NCBI GenBank assembly: GCA_951406725.2
Contig: OX597814.1
Span: 149,110,001-149,174,000 of the forward strand
DNA: 64,000 bases
Direction of reading: 5' to 3'
From: Octopus vulgaris
Lineage: Eukaryota
Part shown: positions 51,470 to 64,000 of the stretch, one piece after another
How the letters are laid out: every line of letters starts with the position of its first letter
Numbering within the stretch: the first letter of the stretch is position 1
The notes under the pieces: model-generated
Databases searched by the model: none
Seen by the model: the letters and a program-made list of their open reading frames with translations, nothing else
What the model was told of the DNA's origin: nothing
Program-made: the position numbers and the translations under genes

Positions 51470-52390
51470 CTAATGGTGAAGGCCATATAGTTCTTCAAAA
51501 TTCGGAGGTATACATCCCTTACGGTCAGTTTGTTAGTTAGTAAGTGAACAAAGAATAAACAATCCCGGTCAGCGAGGACGTGTCATCACCCTTAGCCCAG
51601 TCTATATGAGCTAGAAAGAAAAATAGAGAACTCAGCCTTTAAGCTGATTTTAGCTCCGATCTAATTGATGAACAGGAAAACCCATTTTTGCAGTGATTAG
51701 CGTTTGAAATGGATGCAGGGGTTATAAATTTCGTGCCAGGTATTTAGTAATCTTGCTACCTGGGTTTCTTTGAAGATCCTTGCGCTCTCAGCTATACAAA
51801 GCTTGCAGCGTCTGCTCCCGTTAATATAGGAGATCGGCCGCTCTATTATATGGAGTCCCTTCATCTGTAAGGTTCCACATGTGACTTGGCCGGGATGTGA
51901 CGAATCATCTTTTCGGAATGCTGAAAGAAGAACTGAGGTTGTACCGGCGCTGCTTGAAGGTAGTTCCGGTTGATCCGATATATTTCAGGACTTGAGTGTT
52001 GGTTATGTTCACATTCCGCGCCTGGAGATGTTGTGGCTGCTGCTGTTACTGGAGCTGCTATCAGTGCGGTTATTACGGTGTATGGGTCTGGGGATATCCC
52101 TGTGGCAGTTGTCATTGTAGTAGCCATCCCTGGCCGTAGTGTTGCTGCTGTCGGTGGTATTACTGAGCATGGGACCAGTTGCTTCACTGATGCTGCTGGT
52201 GTTGTCGTGGTCATTTCCGGTCGTAGCGCTGGTGTTGGAGTCGTTGGCGTCAATGCTGGTGTTGTTACTGCTGTTGCCGTCGATTTTGTTGGATGAGCCG
52301 TTGCTGCAATTATTACGGTCGACTACCCACAGAGCCTCATAAATGACACCCTCAGCCTCTCATTGCACCCCCACTGGGCAGTCCTTGCAC
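51470..52390 (-). other. Thr/Ala-rich decayed coding-like segment
   Basis: ORF 51861-52253 MTPTTPTPA...TTTPAA; related to 37775-38480. Confidence 0.4.
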
Positions 52391-52439
52391 TCCCTGCATG
52401 TGCAACCGGCCAACTCAAGCCCTTTCTGTCTGTTTCCGA

Positions 52440-53565
52440 ACATACTTTTTTATGTTAAGGTGCGCAATGAAGGAAACCCATAGGCTGTGCCGATTGAACA
52501 AACATCCGTACCAGGTACAACCATATATCTCAGACCGTCTTACACTTTTTACTGCAGCTCTTCTCCATGATGGAGCTGCAGTTCTAGGTGAAGAAAAGAC
52601 TGATACCGGGCGACTGGCACCTAGAATGTCGTCAGACGCTCACCGTCCTCTACCAGTCGGGCTATGGCATCCTTGGATATTCCATTTTATCAATTTATAA
52701 ACGATTATTGGCGGGAGAGTGTGATAACGTTCTCTTGGAGACCCTCGCTAGCCTTTTCCGGAGTCTTTCCGTGCGAGGACTACAATAGATAATTTCCAGA
52801 AGTCCTTGGCCTGGCAGTGCTACAAATGACTGCTTCAGGTTCGATGAAAACTCTCCAGGCACGGATGTGCTGTGAGACGGAATTTACCAGTATGTGGTCT
52901 TTGCGCATTCGTTTCGTACACGAGCATTGCTAACTTCTGAAATTAAATAGAATTGTTACTGTCGCGTGTGGGACAGATCTGAATGCCGGCCGAATCCATT
53001 ATGGAGATTTCTTCGCCATCCTCTTTTAGTCGGCTGGGTATCAGAGGTTTTTTCTTTGTCTGATGGCTAAGGTGAAAGAGATTGTCTGGGGGACCAATTT
53101 GGAAGGCATGATGACAGAGATATTCGCCTTTGTCAGAGGCCTCATCGACTTTTTCACATTTCACTTGAAAAAGAAAGTGAGGGTAGAGATGAGGAACTAG
53201 ACCTGATTGAGCTTATTGAAAGGTGTTCAAATGGCAAGAGTGGACGGCACCGCATTCGAGCGGGCATTGGAGAAGACATTGGCGTGGGCATTCAAAAAGG
53301 GCTTGAAAGGGCACTTGCTCTTGGGTTTTAGAGAGATCTTTATTGGCCCTAGATATTCTCTTGTATCAGGAGAATCACATTCCTATAACTTTTAGTTACA
53401 AATGTTTGGCATGTATATTTTTTACTTTTGTTTATACTGCATACCATGTAGACATGAAGACATTTTTTACTATTCTTATAATTTTCTTGTGTAAATGCAC
53501 ACACCATATCTGTCTTTGTATAGAACCACCTCTTCCTTCACTCTGTGAGACGGAGTAATAGAAAT
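52440..53565 (+). mobile_element. Second, older Tx1/L1-like 3' fragment ending in (ATC)n
   Basis: DWHLECRQTL versus EWHRECRVAL; ccttggcctggcagtgctac and cacttgaaaa.gaaagtgag.gtagaga shared with 4655-6350. Confidence 0.8.
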
Positions 53566-54047
53566 TATCATCATCAATATCATCATCATCATCATCATCG
53601 CCATCATCATCACCATCGTCGTTGTGGTTTTCACCATCATCATCATCATCACTGTCATCATAATCATCATCATCATCATCATCATCATCATTGGGAGATG
53701 CGTTATGTCATTCGGACTTCGAAAGCGCTGAACGAAGAATATTAACTTTAACCAGATTAGACTGTGAAAAGTTTGCTTTTCATTCCAGTTTTACTTACTC
53801 AATCATTTTGGATTGTCTGAAAGTGCACCCAATTACCTGAGTTAGAAGTAAAATTGGTCTTTTGACATGTCTGGCAACCTGTCATCGGTATTGCTGTTCG
53901 TACTTTAAAATGGTCTGAGTAAAAGCAGCAAGAAATGTTTGCAATAATGATGGTGACAGCAGTCTAAATTCAGTAAACAAATAGCCACCAAATTAATTTC
54001 AAAAGAATAATTGATTTGAACAAACAATGAAACAAATGTAAGCTCTA

Positions 54048-54428
54048 GGTGCGGGTGTGATAGTGTGGTAAGGAATTTGCCTCCCAACTACATAGTACCG
54101 GATTCTGTCTCAGTGTGTGGCACATTAGGCAAATCTCTTGAACTATTGCCTCGGATTGACCAAACTAGATTTAAAAGACGGAAACTGAAAGAAGCCCGTG
54201 GTATACATATCTATGTGTGTCATGGTGTCTGCGTTTGCTCTCCACCACCTCTTGACAACCGGTGTTGGTGTGTTTATGTTTCGTAACTTCATAGTTCGGC
54301 AAAAAAAAGTCCGATGAAATAAACACCAGGTTTAAACAAAATTACCGAGGTTGGTTCGTTCGGATAAAATTCCTGAAGGTAGTGCGCTAGCATGGCCGCA
54401 GTCTAATGACTGCACCAAGTAAAGGATT
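54048..54428 (+). mobile_element. SINE family 1, diverged
   Basis: gtgtggtaag head, agacggaaactgaaagaagcccgt, and gcatggccgcagtctaatgactg tail. Confidence 0.8.
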
Positions 54429-54714
54429 AAATATTTAAAAAAAAGCAATTGCGAAGTGCATGACACGAAGATGGAACAACGACAGGAATGTTAAGCGAAA
54501 GCAAACATAAGGGAACATAAGCAGCATTGCATCAACATGCAGTACAAAAATTCAGGAAAGTGACATATCTCTGTATTTTAAATAGAGTGTGGAAAATTTC
54601 TAATACATCGGAAGGGAAGCTGGAAGAAGCCATGTCGGATGTGTGGTAGGAAATAAGTACATTCGATCGGAAGATAGCATATGTATGCCCTTGTATGCGC
54701 TAATGAAAGCGATT

Positions 54715-54734
54715 GTAGTAGTAGTAATAGTAGC

Positions 54735-54800
<66 letters not shown>

Positions 54801-54819
54801 GGTGGTGGTGGTGGTGGTG

Positions 54820-54870
<51 letters not shown>

Positions 54871-54897
54871 ATGGTAGTGGTGGTGGTAGTGGTGGTG

Positions 54898-54957
<60 letters not shown>

Positions 54958-54985
54958 ATGGTAGTGGTGGTGGTAGTGGTGGTAT
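54715..54985. repeat. (AGT)n/(GGT)n compound microsatellite with an internal higher-order duplication
   Basis: Directly visible; gtgatggtagtggtggtggtagtggtggt occurs twice. Confidence 0.95.
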
Positions 54986-55208
54986 TAGTAGAAAGTTGAG
55001 AATGTGCAGATGAAGAATTTCATAGTTATCAACACAGAATATGGATATAAAACTGTATAATTATATAAAGAAATAAGATATTTTCTTCGAAGGTAACATT
55101 ACCAGCTAAAGTGAAAATTATATACACCGGCACACACACACACACACACATACATAAATATATAGAAGGATGGAAGTATAGGATGAATTATAAAAGGTAG
55201 GTAGGTGA

Positions 55209-55209
<1 letters not shown>

Positions 55210-55301
<92 letters not shown>

Positions 55302-55380
55302 CAGATAGATAGATACATACATACATACATACATACATACATACATACATACATACATACATACATACATACATACATAC
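55210..55380. repeat. (GATA)n-(CATA)n microsatellite
   Basis: Directly visible. Confidence 0.95.
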
Positions 55381-55994
55381 CTAAATGGAAAGTAAAGCTT
55401 TATTCCATATTAGTGTATTACTCTCGAAACCTTTAAATACTTCAATGCAAACTGTTTTGAAATTTTAACTAAATAACTTCTTTTGAACTGGCCAGAACAG
55501 AGGCAAAATTTTGTGAGCGCTAATGAAAATCGACTATGGATTAATGGAAATCTAATAGTGCTGAGTTTCTGAAGATGAAATCCTCGGAAGACTTCGATCA
55601 GAATTTAATCTGCTTTGTAGATTCTTCGAAGGACACTTTAACGAAGTTCTTCTAAGTACGTGTCCTTTGCTTTCATTTCGGGTAACCGTTATGTATACGT
55701 ATATGAAAAGATATAGATAGATAACTGGATATTTAACCCTTGAAATTTCTGTTAATAGATATCGCTACGCATTTGTTGGCCAATATTTTATTAATACATA
55801 TCCGTATTTTGTTTAATGTTGCCGTGAATATGAATTTTTGCAACGTCTGCGTTTACGTAATTAAACAAAGTAACAAAATTTAACAAGGCAAAAGATTATA
55901 AATGTAATCTCTTTTGAACTTGTTTTTAAGCCACTTCCATCGAAAGTATTAGTCTACACTCTCTTTCCACACACACACACTCTCTCTCTCTCTT

Positions 55995-56033
<39 letters not shown>

Positions 56034-56508
56034 CACACACACACACACTCTCTTATTGTCTCTGTGTGTGTTTCAATTGTTTTTTCTCTCATTCCAGCAA
56101 ACTTTGAAGGAGAGAAAGGAAAAAGTAAGAAAGATAGACGGATTCAAATTTTAAATTGAATCTCTAAAAGAAATAAAAACCATAGTTTGACGTCGCACAT
56201 ACGTACCGCCACCATCATCACATTCACTACACCTATTTCCATCTATATCTATATTATTTGTCTCTTTATTCTTGTGTCTTATTCTCTCTGCCTTTCTCCA
56301 TTTTTTAATGTTTTAGAGAGACGGAAACAAATAGTGGGAGAAACACATAGATATTTTAGAGAGACTGTAAGAGGAAAAATAACAGCAGTGATGTCATAAA
56401 GATATCGTGCTGACATCATCACAATTGACCTCCGCTGTATATATGTGACTTTCTTCAATACGTTTCGCTATCTCTATATATTTATTCTACTATTTCCCAC
56501 ACATACAT

Positions 56509-56556
<48 letters not shown>

Positions 56557-57347
56557 AGAGAAATAGAGAGAGTAATAACGAAAGATTAACAGAAATATTA
56601 TTTGCATCTTTCTACATCTTATTTGATATATAGAGTAGGTTGCGGGATAGTTAGTTGGGTCGTATTTCCAATATAAAGGTTATGCAATTCTTGTCACTGA
56701 GGTAGAGAATAATTTTATATATTGTTTTGCGTGCTTTTTTTAATTTGTATTTTCTGAATCCCTTACGAATATACAGAAAATCCACACGGACACATACACA
56801 CACACACACTCACACACACACATGCATATTTGTATGGATTATTTTCATTATTATTATTGTTCTTGTTGTTGTTGTTATATAAAATTAGAGAAATTATTAA
56901 CATTGTTGTTGTTGCTATTATTAATACTAATATATACAAACATACTAATCATGAACATCATTATCGCCATCATCGTCGTCGTCGTCATCATCATCATCAT
57001 CATCATCGACGCTACCGCCGCCATCATCATCATCATCTTCATATTTATACATCATGATCGTATGTTTTTTTAAAATTTTAACCTCAAGTGCTACCCAAAG
57101 CATTATATTTGCAATTCATGATCGCCTACATTTGAATGATTTAACATTAATTTCTCACTTTTATAATTATTTACTTTCTTTTATGAAAATTGGAATAATC
57201 TTGATTCTTATTTAGAATGCAGCTGATACTTACACACATACCTACATACTCACTGACATGCGTTTACATATACACACATCAAACACACAAATTTTCAGAC
57301 ATGATTATTTTGTTGTGATCATTGTTGCTGTTATCATCATCATCACC

Positions 57348-57413
<66 letters not shown>

Positions 57414-57480
57414 GCCATCAACATCATTGTGGTTTTTGCTATAGCTTTTATATGCACAATCAGTCGATCATATATGTATG

Positions 57481-57537
<57 letters not shown>

Positions 57538-58217
57538 ATGTATGTACACACACACTCGCAAACACAAATTTTCATACATGCATGTATATATACACGTATG
57601 TGTGCGAACGCTAGCATATATTTCGCTAGGTATGTGATGATAGCGAAGAAAAAGTGACTAGCAATAGCTTTTGTATTGTAGCAACGACTGTATCTTTTGT
57701 TATTACTCGCTCATTTATAGTTATTATGCTTCATCTAAATGTAAACAAGTCAGGGTAATATAAGTTCATCCAGATGATGTTTTTAGCTTTCAACATTCAG
57801 TGGCACTAATAATATGTAGAATATGACGGTAGTAGGAATTTCGTGAATACAATCCAAGGTAAACATTCTTTGTACGTACTTTGCTCATTCGGAGCTGTTG
57901 TACACTAGGTAAAAGCCATTGAAATATCCACTGTGAAAATATCAATATAATCAAGCAGCATTTGAAAAAAACAAACGTATTACTAATGAAGTTTGAACTG
58001 TCTCGAAAGAGAAAAATTTGGTCATTAGATGAATATTTTCTAATATTTCCTAACGTATCATCAACGTCTTGCCACAGACCATTTTCCCATTGAAAATGTA
58101 CCAGTCTTCTCTGCTGTCAATTTTATTTGCTCTTGGGCTTAACAGAAAGGAGTGAGCACCAATCTGCATGATATCAATGACGAATTCTAGAGACTTGTAT
58201 TATTAAACGCAGATATT

Positions 58218-58373
58218 ACTGTGTAGTTAAGAAGCTTGGATTGCTACTACATGGTTTTTGGTTCAGTACAATTCGCTATAGGTGCAGCAACTACATTCTG
58301 GTCTGGCTCGGTGCCGACCAAAGACTTCTGAGTGAATATGTTTACAGAAAGTGTGTGAAAGGCCGTCTTGTAT

Positions 58374-58441
<68 letters not shown>

Positions 58442-58571
58442 GCGTGGCTGAGTGGTAAGAGACTTGCTACGCAACAGCATGGTTCCTGGTTCAGTCCTAT
58501 TGCGTGGCATCGCGAGGAAATGTCTTCAATTATAACCTCGGGCATTGTGAATTCATTTGGTAGACGGAAAT

Positions 58572-58630
<59 letters not shown>

Positions 58631-59112
58631 CTATGCCTTTGTCTTCCACTAACGCTTGACAATCGGTATCGGCGTGTTTACGTCTAAGTAATTTCGGAGT
58701 TCGGCGAAAGGGTGCGATAAAGTACCATGTTTAAACAAAGTACCGGGTCGATTCATTCGCCTAAGAAGGCGGTACCCCAGCATAGCTGTAGTCTAATGCC
58801 GGAAACAAGTAAAGGATATATTATAAACGGCAATTACGAAGTACATGGCACGAAGATGGTGCAACGTTAGAAACATTAATGGAAAGCAAACATGACGGAA
58901 AATAATTTTGTATGGGAATAATACAACGGCCAGTACAATTCAGGAAGGTGACGTTTCGCTGTTGCCTTGTTTATGCCCTCGCAATTTATTACCTCGGCTA
59001 AAGGGACCTACTGAATTTGTACGAAACTTAAAATAAGTACTGGGGTCGTTCTGCTCGATTCTAATCCCTTCAAAGCGGCGCCCCCGCATTCCAGTAACTG
59101 AAACAGGTAAAC
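58218..59112 (+). mobile_element. Cluster of family-1 SINE copies (58218-58375, 58440-58817, 58965-59112)
   Basis: Repeated head, body and tail motifs. Confidence 0.75.
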
Positions 59113-60316
59113 GATTCCTCTTAGTTCTAAACTATTTTAAACAAAGAATAACGTTCATTTCTTCATTCATGAAGACATTTCGTTGGCGTTCTAGTCCTCA
59201 ATTAGTATATATCGCTGTTTATTACTCCCTATACACAAACATTGAGCAAATAATGTTTAATTCTCCTATAAGCTATGACTGCAACAAATCAAGTTTGTAG
59301 CTGTTTACTTTTTTTTTTTTTTTTGAACCTCAGGTCTGCTCAATTGGCAACATCTTTGACCTAGTGCTTCAAGTTTCATGTTAATAGCTGAAATTCATTT
59401 CACCTATGCCGCGTGGTTTCTATCTTGGACGTAGTGTATCTAGGATTACAGTAGACTACACGTCAGTTCCTTTTTAGAACCGTAGATTGTCATTTGACGG
59501 ATTTTGGCAGCTCTCTCTCCCTCTCTCCCTCACATACTAGCATATTGATCTACTAATTAGGGGTTCATTCGTTCGTTTCTACTGGCTCTCTGAACAGACT
59601 TCAATAACAGAACTCTACTGGTGTTAGATGTTTTAAATTTAACGATTTTACGACAATTTTAGCTTCATCTAGCTTCGTAAAACTCAACTTTCTATATCAT
59701 TTCAATGCAAATTAGGTCATGCACTGGAGATTTTCATTTAAGGGTATATTGTAAATAAATACTCTCATGGAACAATCCCACACCCATATCACTAATGATG
59801 TGAACAATCACTTTACACAAACGGGAATAGCCTAGCACCCACTTTATACCATGACTAATATTTCAAAACTACAAGTAAATGATATACCTATTGTTTTATT
59901 GTCTAGGCATTTGGTAACCATACGATCAATACTTCACCTAGTTACTAGCTATATCCAAAGGACGCATTGGAGAAAATGCAAAAATAAAACTAAAATAAAG
60001 AAAAAATATAAAAAGAGAACAATTTTTTAATTATCCTTGTATTGGATTTATAATATAACAAAGCAGGAGGGTAGAAAGTGTATAGACGACGCACTACTAC
60101 TATTAAACGAGACTCAACGCTCTATATCAATTGCGCACAGTGAACTGCTTACCAGCACGAACTGCCAATCGCTCACAATACTCCACCTTCGGTCATTTGT
60201 TGGGTGGTCGGAGTCCCTCCCCAACAAAATTAAAGCCTGAATTTGGAAGAGACGCAGATAGATAAAGTGCATTTTGATAGTGGCAATGATGTTTGTAAAA
60301 TGAGTAGAAATAAAAT

Positions 60317-60535
<219 letters not shown>

Positions 60536-60544
60536 TCATGATCA

Positions 60545-63500
60545 TATACTCTGAAAACTGCTCTATTCAGGACAGAGGAGACTTTGATGTTGGTAGTTGG
60601 ATGTTAAGTATCGTAGAAAGAAACTCTGTAAGACCTTTGACAACAGGTTGCTGCCTGCTCTTACAGAAAAAAACCGGATTAAGTAAAATCGAAAGCTCTG
60701 AGAAGAAAAAATGGAAATGATAATTAGAATAACAACGGGGATTATTTGAGCAGTTAATAAATCCTCACAAAAGAAGCAACTACCTAGATGAACGCAAATA
60801 TTATTTCATGAAAGGAAACATTGTTACACAGGAAGATAAGAGCTTACTACAATGTCTGACTGAGACACGAAGTTTTGAGCGAAAGATGCTTCCAGCTCTG
60901 CAAGGAATCGAAAGAGGAAAACGAAATCGTTAAAAACAGGAATGAGCTGTTAATGAAAATTCACTATGAAAATATATATAAAAGTTATAAACGATATTTT
61001 CAACTACGCAGCGTTTGTTGCACTGTACCTTCTTGGGGTTTGATGCCACGGGAAAACAAAAGATAAATTCTAACGTTGGATCAGTTCAATGGTGATCTTG
61101 GACTGATACATACACTCATAGAAAAAAGAGGGTGACAGAAAGACACAAAAATGAACTGCAAAGAAAGTACATTAGAGACAAACGAAGAAGCTTCGGATAA
61201 AGAAGATAAAACAAAGCTGGATGCAACAAGAACAAATCTGTTCTGAGAGAAAAGGTATTTCAAGAACAGCGAAAAGGAATTCTATAAACAACTGAGCAAT
61301 GAAAAGTAACTTACGAAAGATGAAGTGAAACCGGAAAGATTAACAATTTCGGATAAGTAAGTGAAAAGGATGATGAAGAAAACGCCAAACTGGAAAGCCC
61401 TCGGGTCAGATGGTGTTCATGGATTATGGCTGAAAACCTCACAAAGTATACACAGCCATATACGAACGTTTTTACTAACTGCATAGAAAAGGAAACCCCG
61501 AGATGTGTGGCAAAGTAAAGGGCAGAAAGAGAAAGAAAAGAGAGGGGAAGTCAGCTATTATAGATCCATTACTGATTTAACATTACTCTAGAAGTTATTA
61601 AACTAGCCTCATTGCAGATGACTTATATAATTTTCTGGGAAAGGAGAAATCATTCCCAGAGGAGGAAAATGATGCAAAATAAGTCAAAGGGAACTGCTGT
61701 TCTGCTCTGTATAAATATCAGGATATTAAATGATGTAAGCATGAGAGAAAATAGTTTAGCTGTTGGCTTGATAGATTATAGAAAGGCTTACGAAAACGTT
61801 CCACACTGCTGACTTTTGGAATGTCTGTGGACGCTCGGAATCAATGAAAAGAAGAGTTTCGTGGTAAAAGAAGCGTGAGTGCGGTAACTAGAACTGTCAT
61901 GTACAAATATATCGCTTGGAAACGTGAAATACGCAGGGACTCTCTCTCTCACTGCCCCCATTCGTCATTGCGTTAATGACTCTGACAAGTATATTGAAAA
62001 AATTCAGGCCTGTCAATGAGTTTACCAAAAGCAAGGCGAAAATAAATTGCCTGCTTTATATGGCTGAACTCACACTGTGCACAAAAAATAAGAAAGATAT
62101 GAATTCTCTTATCTATATAGTAAAAGGATTCAACACGGATATTAGAATGCAGTTTGGTGTAAATAAGAGTGCCTCGCTAATTATGGAAAGAGGCCAGTAG
62201 ATAAACATAGATGGCATAAAATTACCACATCACATCATTCGATCGCTATCAGGGATAAAATACCTAGTGGTGCTACAAGGTGGTAAAATAATGGACAGAG
62301 AAATGAGAGAAAATCTATAAACATAGAATTAGGAAGGTACTCGAGACAAAAGTAGATGGAAAGAGTATCATTACATCAACAAACACATGGAATATGCGAC
62401 ACACTGCTCTTTTTCGGAAAAGGGCTATTCACGTTGCCTAATCCTGAAAGTAACACCAGCAGGCACAACGCGGAAAATAATACTGGCAGACTACACCTAC
62501 CTAGAAAAGAAGGAGGAGGATTGCTAAACGCTGAAGACACTGATAGTAATGCGATAACGGAGTTGTAAATTATGTTGTACGGAGTGAAGAAAGAATGCTA
62601 TCAGCAGCTTGAGATGCACAAAAAGTTTCTGAAACAGTAGGAGAATTCAAGAGACGTTAAAGAAACAGAACAAGCAGATACAAAGAAATTAAATTACATG
62701 ACCAATTCACGCAACAAACCGAGAATGTGGTAAGTAAAGAATGCTGTCTGTCGTTGATGGCCGGAAACCTGAAACGAGAGAGCAAAACGCTAATTATAGC
62801 CGCTCGGGAACAAACCATTGGTACAAATCTGATAAAAGCAAAGACCGACAAACACAGTTAGACATCAAATGTAGATTCTGCAAGGAAAGAGACGAAAGTA
62901 TCGATCATCTCTTGTATGAGTGCAGTAAGCTAGCACAAAACGATTGTGATAGCTTAATGTGTAGTGTGAGTGCATTGGGATGTTAAACAGGTATGCAGCT
63001 AATATCTCAATAATTAAAAGGAATAAAAAGGAACTTGTATTAATAGGAACAAGTGTCTGTGAGAGACAATGGGAATTACAGGATTTTACAGGATTTCCTC
63101 ATAAGGACTAGCAATATTATTGAAACAAGAAGACTATATGTAATAATAGTGAACAAAATAAGCTCGTAAACATTGTAAATTCTATATCGGAAAAAAATTA
63201 GAAATGTCAGGGTCTAGCGAGAGATGAAGAGACTGAGGAAGACTAAAACAACACTTTTTCCTATGGTATTATCTGCACTTAACAGGACACCAGAGATATT
63301 ACATAAAATATTGAAAGACATAGGAATTGAGACTTGCATTATCGACCTACACAAAACTACTATATTACATCATCTCGAAAGAGTCCAGAAGCTGGCTACC
63401 CGCATGGTTCTTGGTCTCAAGCATTTGTCTTATGAAGAAAGGGTGAAGACGCTCGACCTTTATTCTCTAGAAAAACGACGACGCCGTGGTGATCTCATTC

Positions 63501-63958
63501 TTGCTCACAACATCACAAGCGGAAAGTGTAACCTCTTGAAAGAGCTGTTCTTCACTCCTGCTCCAGAGCGTCGGCTGCAGGGTCACTCCGAAAAGCTCTA
63601 TCTGCAACGATTTCATCTCAATCGAAGGAGAGGGGCTTTCTCTGTCCGGGTTGTGGATCCGTGGAATAATCTGCCGGACGAGATAGTGAAGATGCCGACG
63701 ACCGCTCGGTTCAAAGTCTCTCTTGACCAGAAATGGCCTGAACTCTTTGCATGAACACCCTCCCTGTACATAACTCCATGTCCCCCTACATGGCCTTGCT
63801 TTTTGCTTTTTGAGCCAAAAAATTAATTTAACTTAACTGAACTTAACTTAACTATCCTATATTCTGTAAGAATTCTAAGAAAGGTTGTTGAGATTTGAAG
63901 AGGCTTGTTGCTGCTCAGCCTTAATGCCTGTTAATGAAATTAGCATTACTAACTAGAT
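60545..63958 (+). mobile_element. Decayed near-full-length R4/Dong-like non-LTR retrotransposon
   Basis: PNWKA.G.DGVHGLWLK (~61385-61435), IDYRKAY..VPH, INCLLYMAEL (YMDD), LPRKEGG, CRFCKERDESIDHLL.EC, PMVLSAL, and C-terminal LYSVRILRKV. Preceded by (AAT)n and followed by (ATG)n. Confidence 0.8.
63364..63850 (+). mobile_element. Younger CR1-type LINE 3' fragment nested in the Dong-like element
   Basis: LERVQKLATRMV.GLKHLSYEER...LYSLEKRRRRGDLI...FSVRVV..WNNLP, (aactt)n tail, and actat duplicated at the junctions. Confidence 0.9.
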
Positions 63959-64000
63959 AATGATGATGATGATGATGATCTGTGCAAAACCAAAAATATA

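Overview
AT-rich, microsatellite-saturated eukaryotic DNA. The SINE families and repeat style point to a coleoid cephalopod, probably Octopus (inference from recalled repeat sequences, not a database search). I found no intact host gene, and most short ORFs in the track are translations of simple repeats. The window is a transposon graveyard. Non-LTR elements: a near-intact CR1/L2-group LINE (one nonsense codon in ORF2), two Tx1/L1-like 3' fragments, three decayed R4/Dong-like segments, a Penelope-like RT/GIY-YIG relic, and RTE and CR1 fragments. DNA transposons: a full-length IR/DR Tc1, two mariners, Tigger and Merlin relics, a small Helitron and a hAT MITE. There are also many tRNA-derived SINEs. 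The most notable signals are (i) several minimal hammerhead-ribozyme motifs, one with a complete core and others with the compensatory U3:A8 core variant; (ii) an interleaved A-B-A'-B' inverted-repeat structure at 33.5-34.1 kb that carries one of these motifs; (iii) a covarying 3' stem-loop shared by the LINE and the main SINE family; and (iv) several retroelements that each sit in a particular microsatellite.
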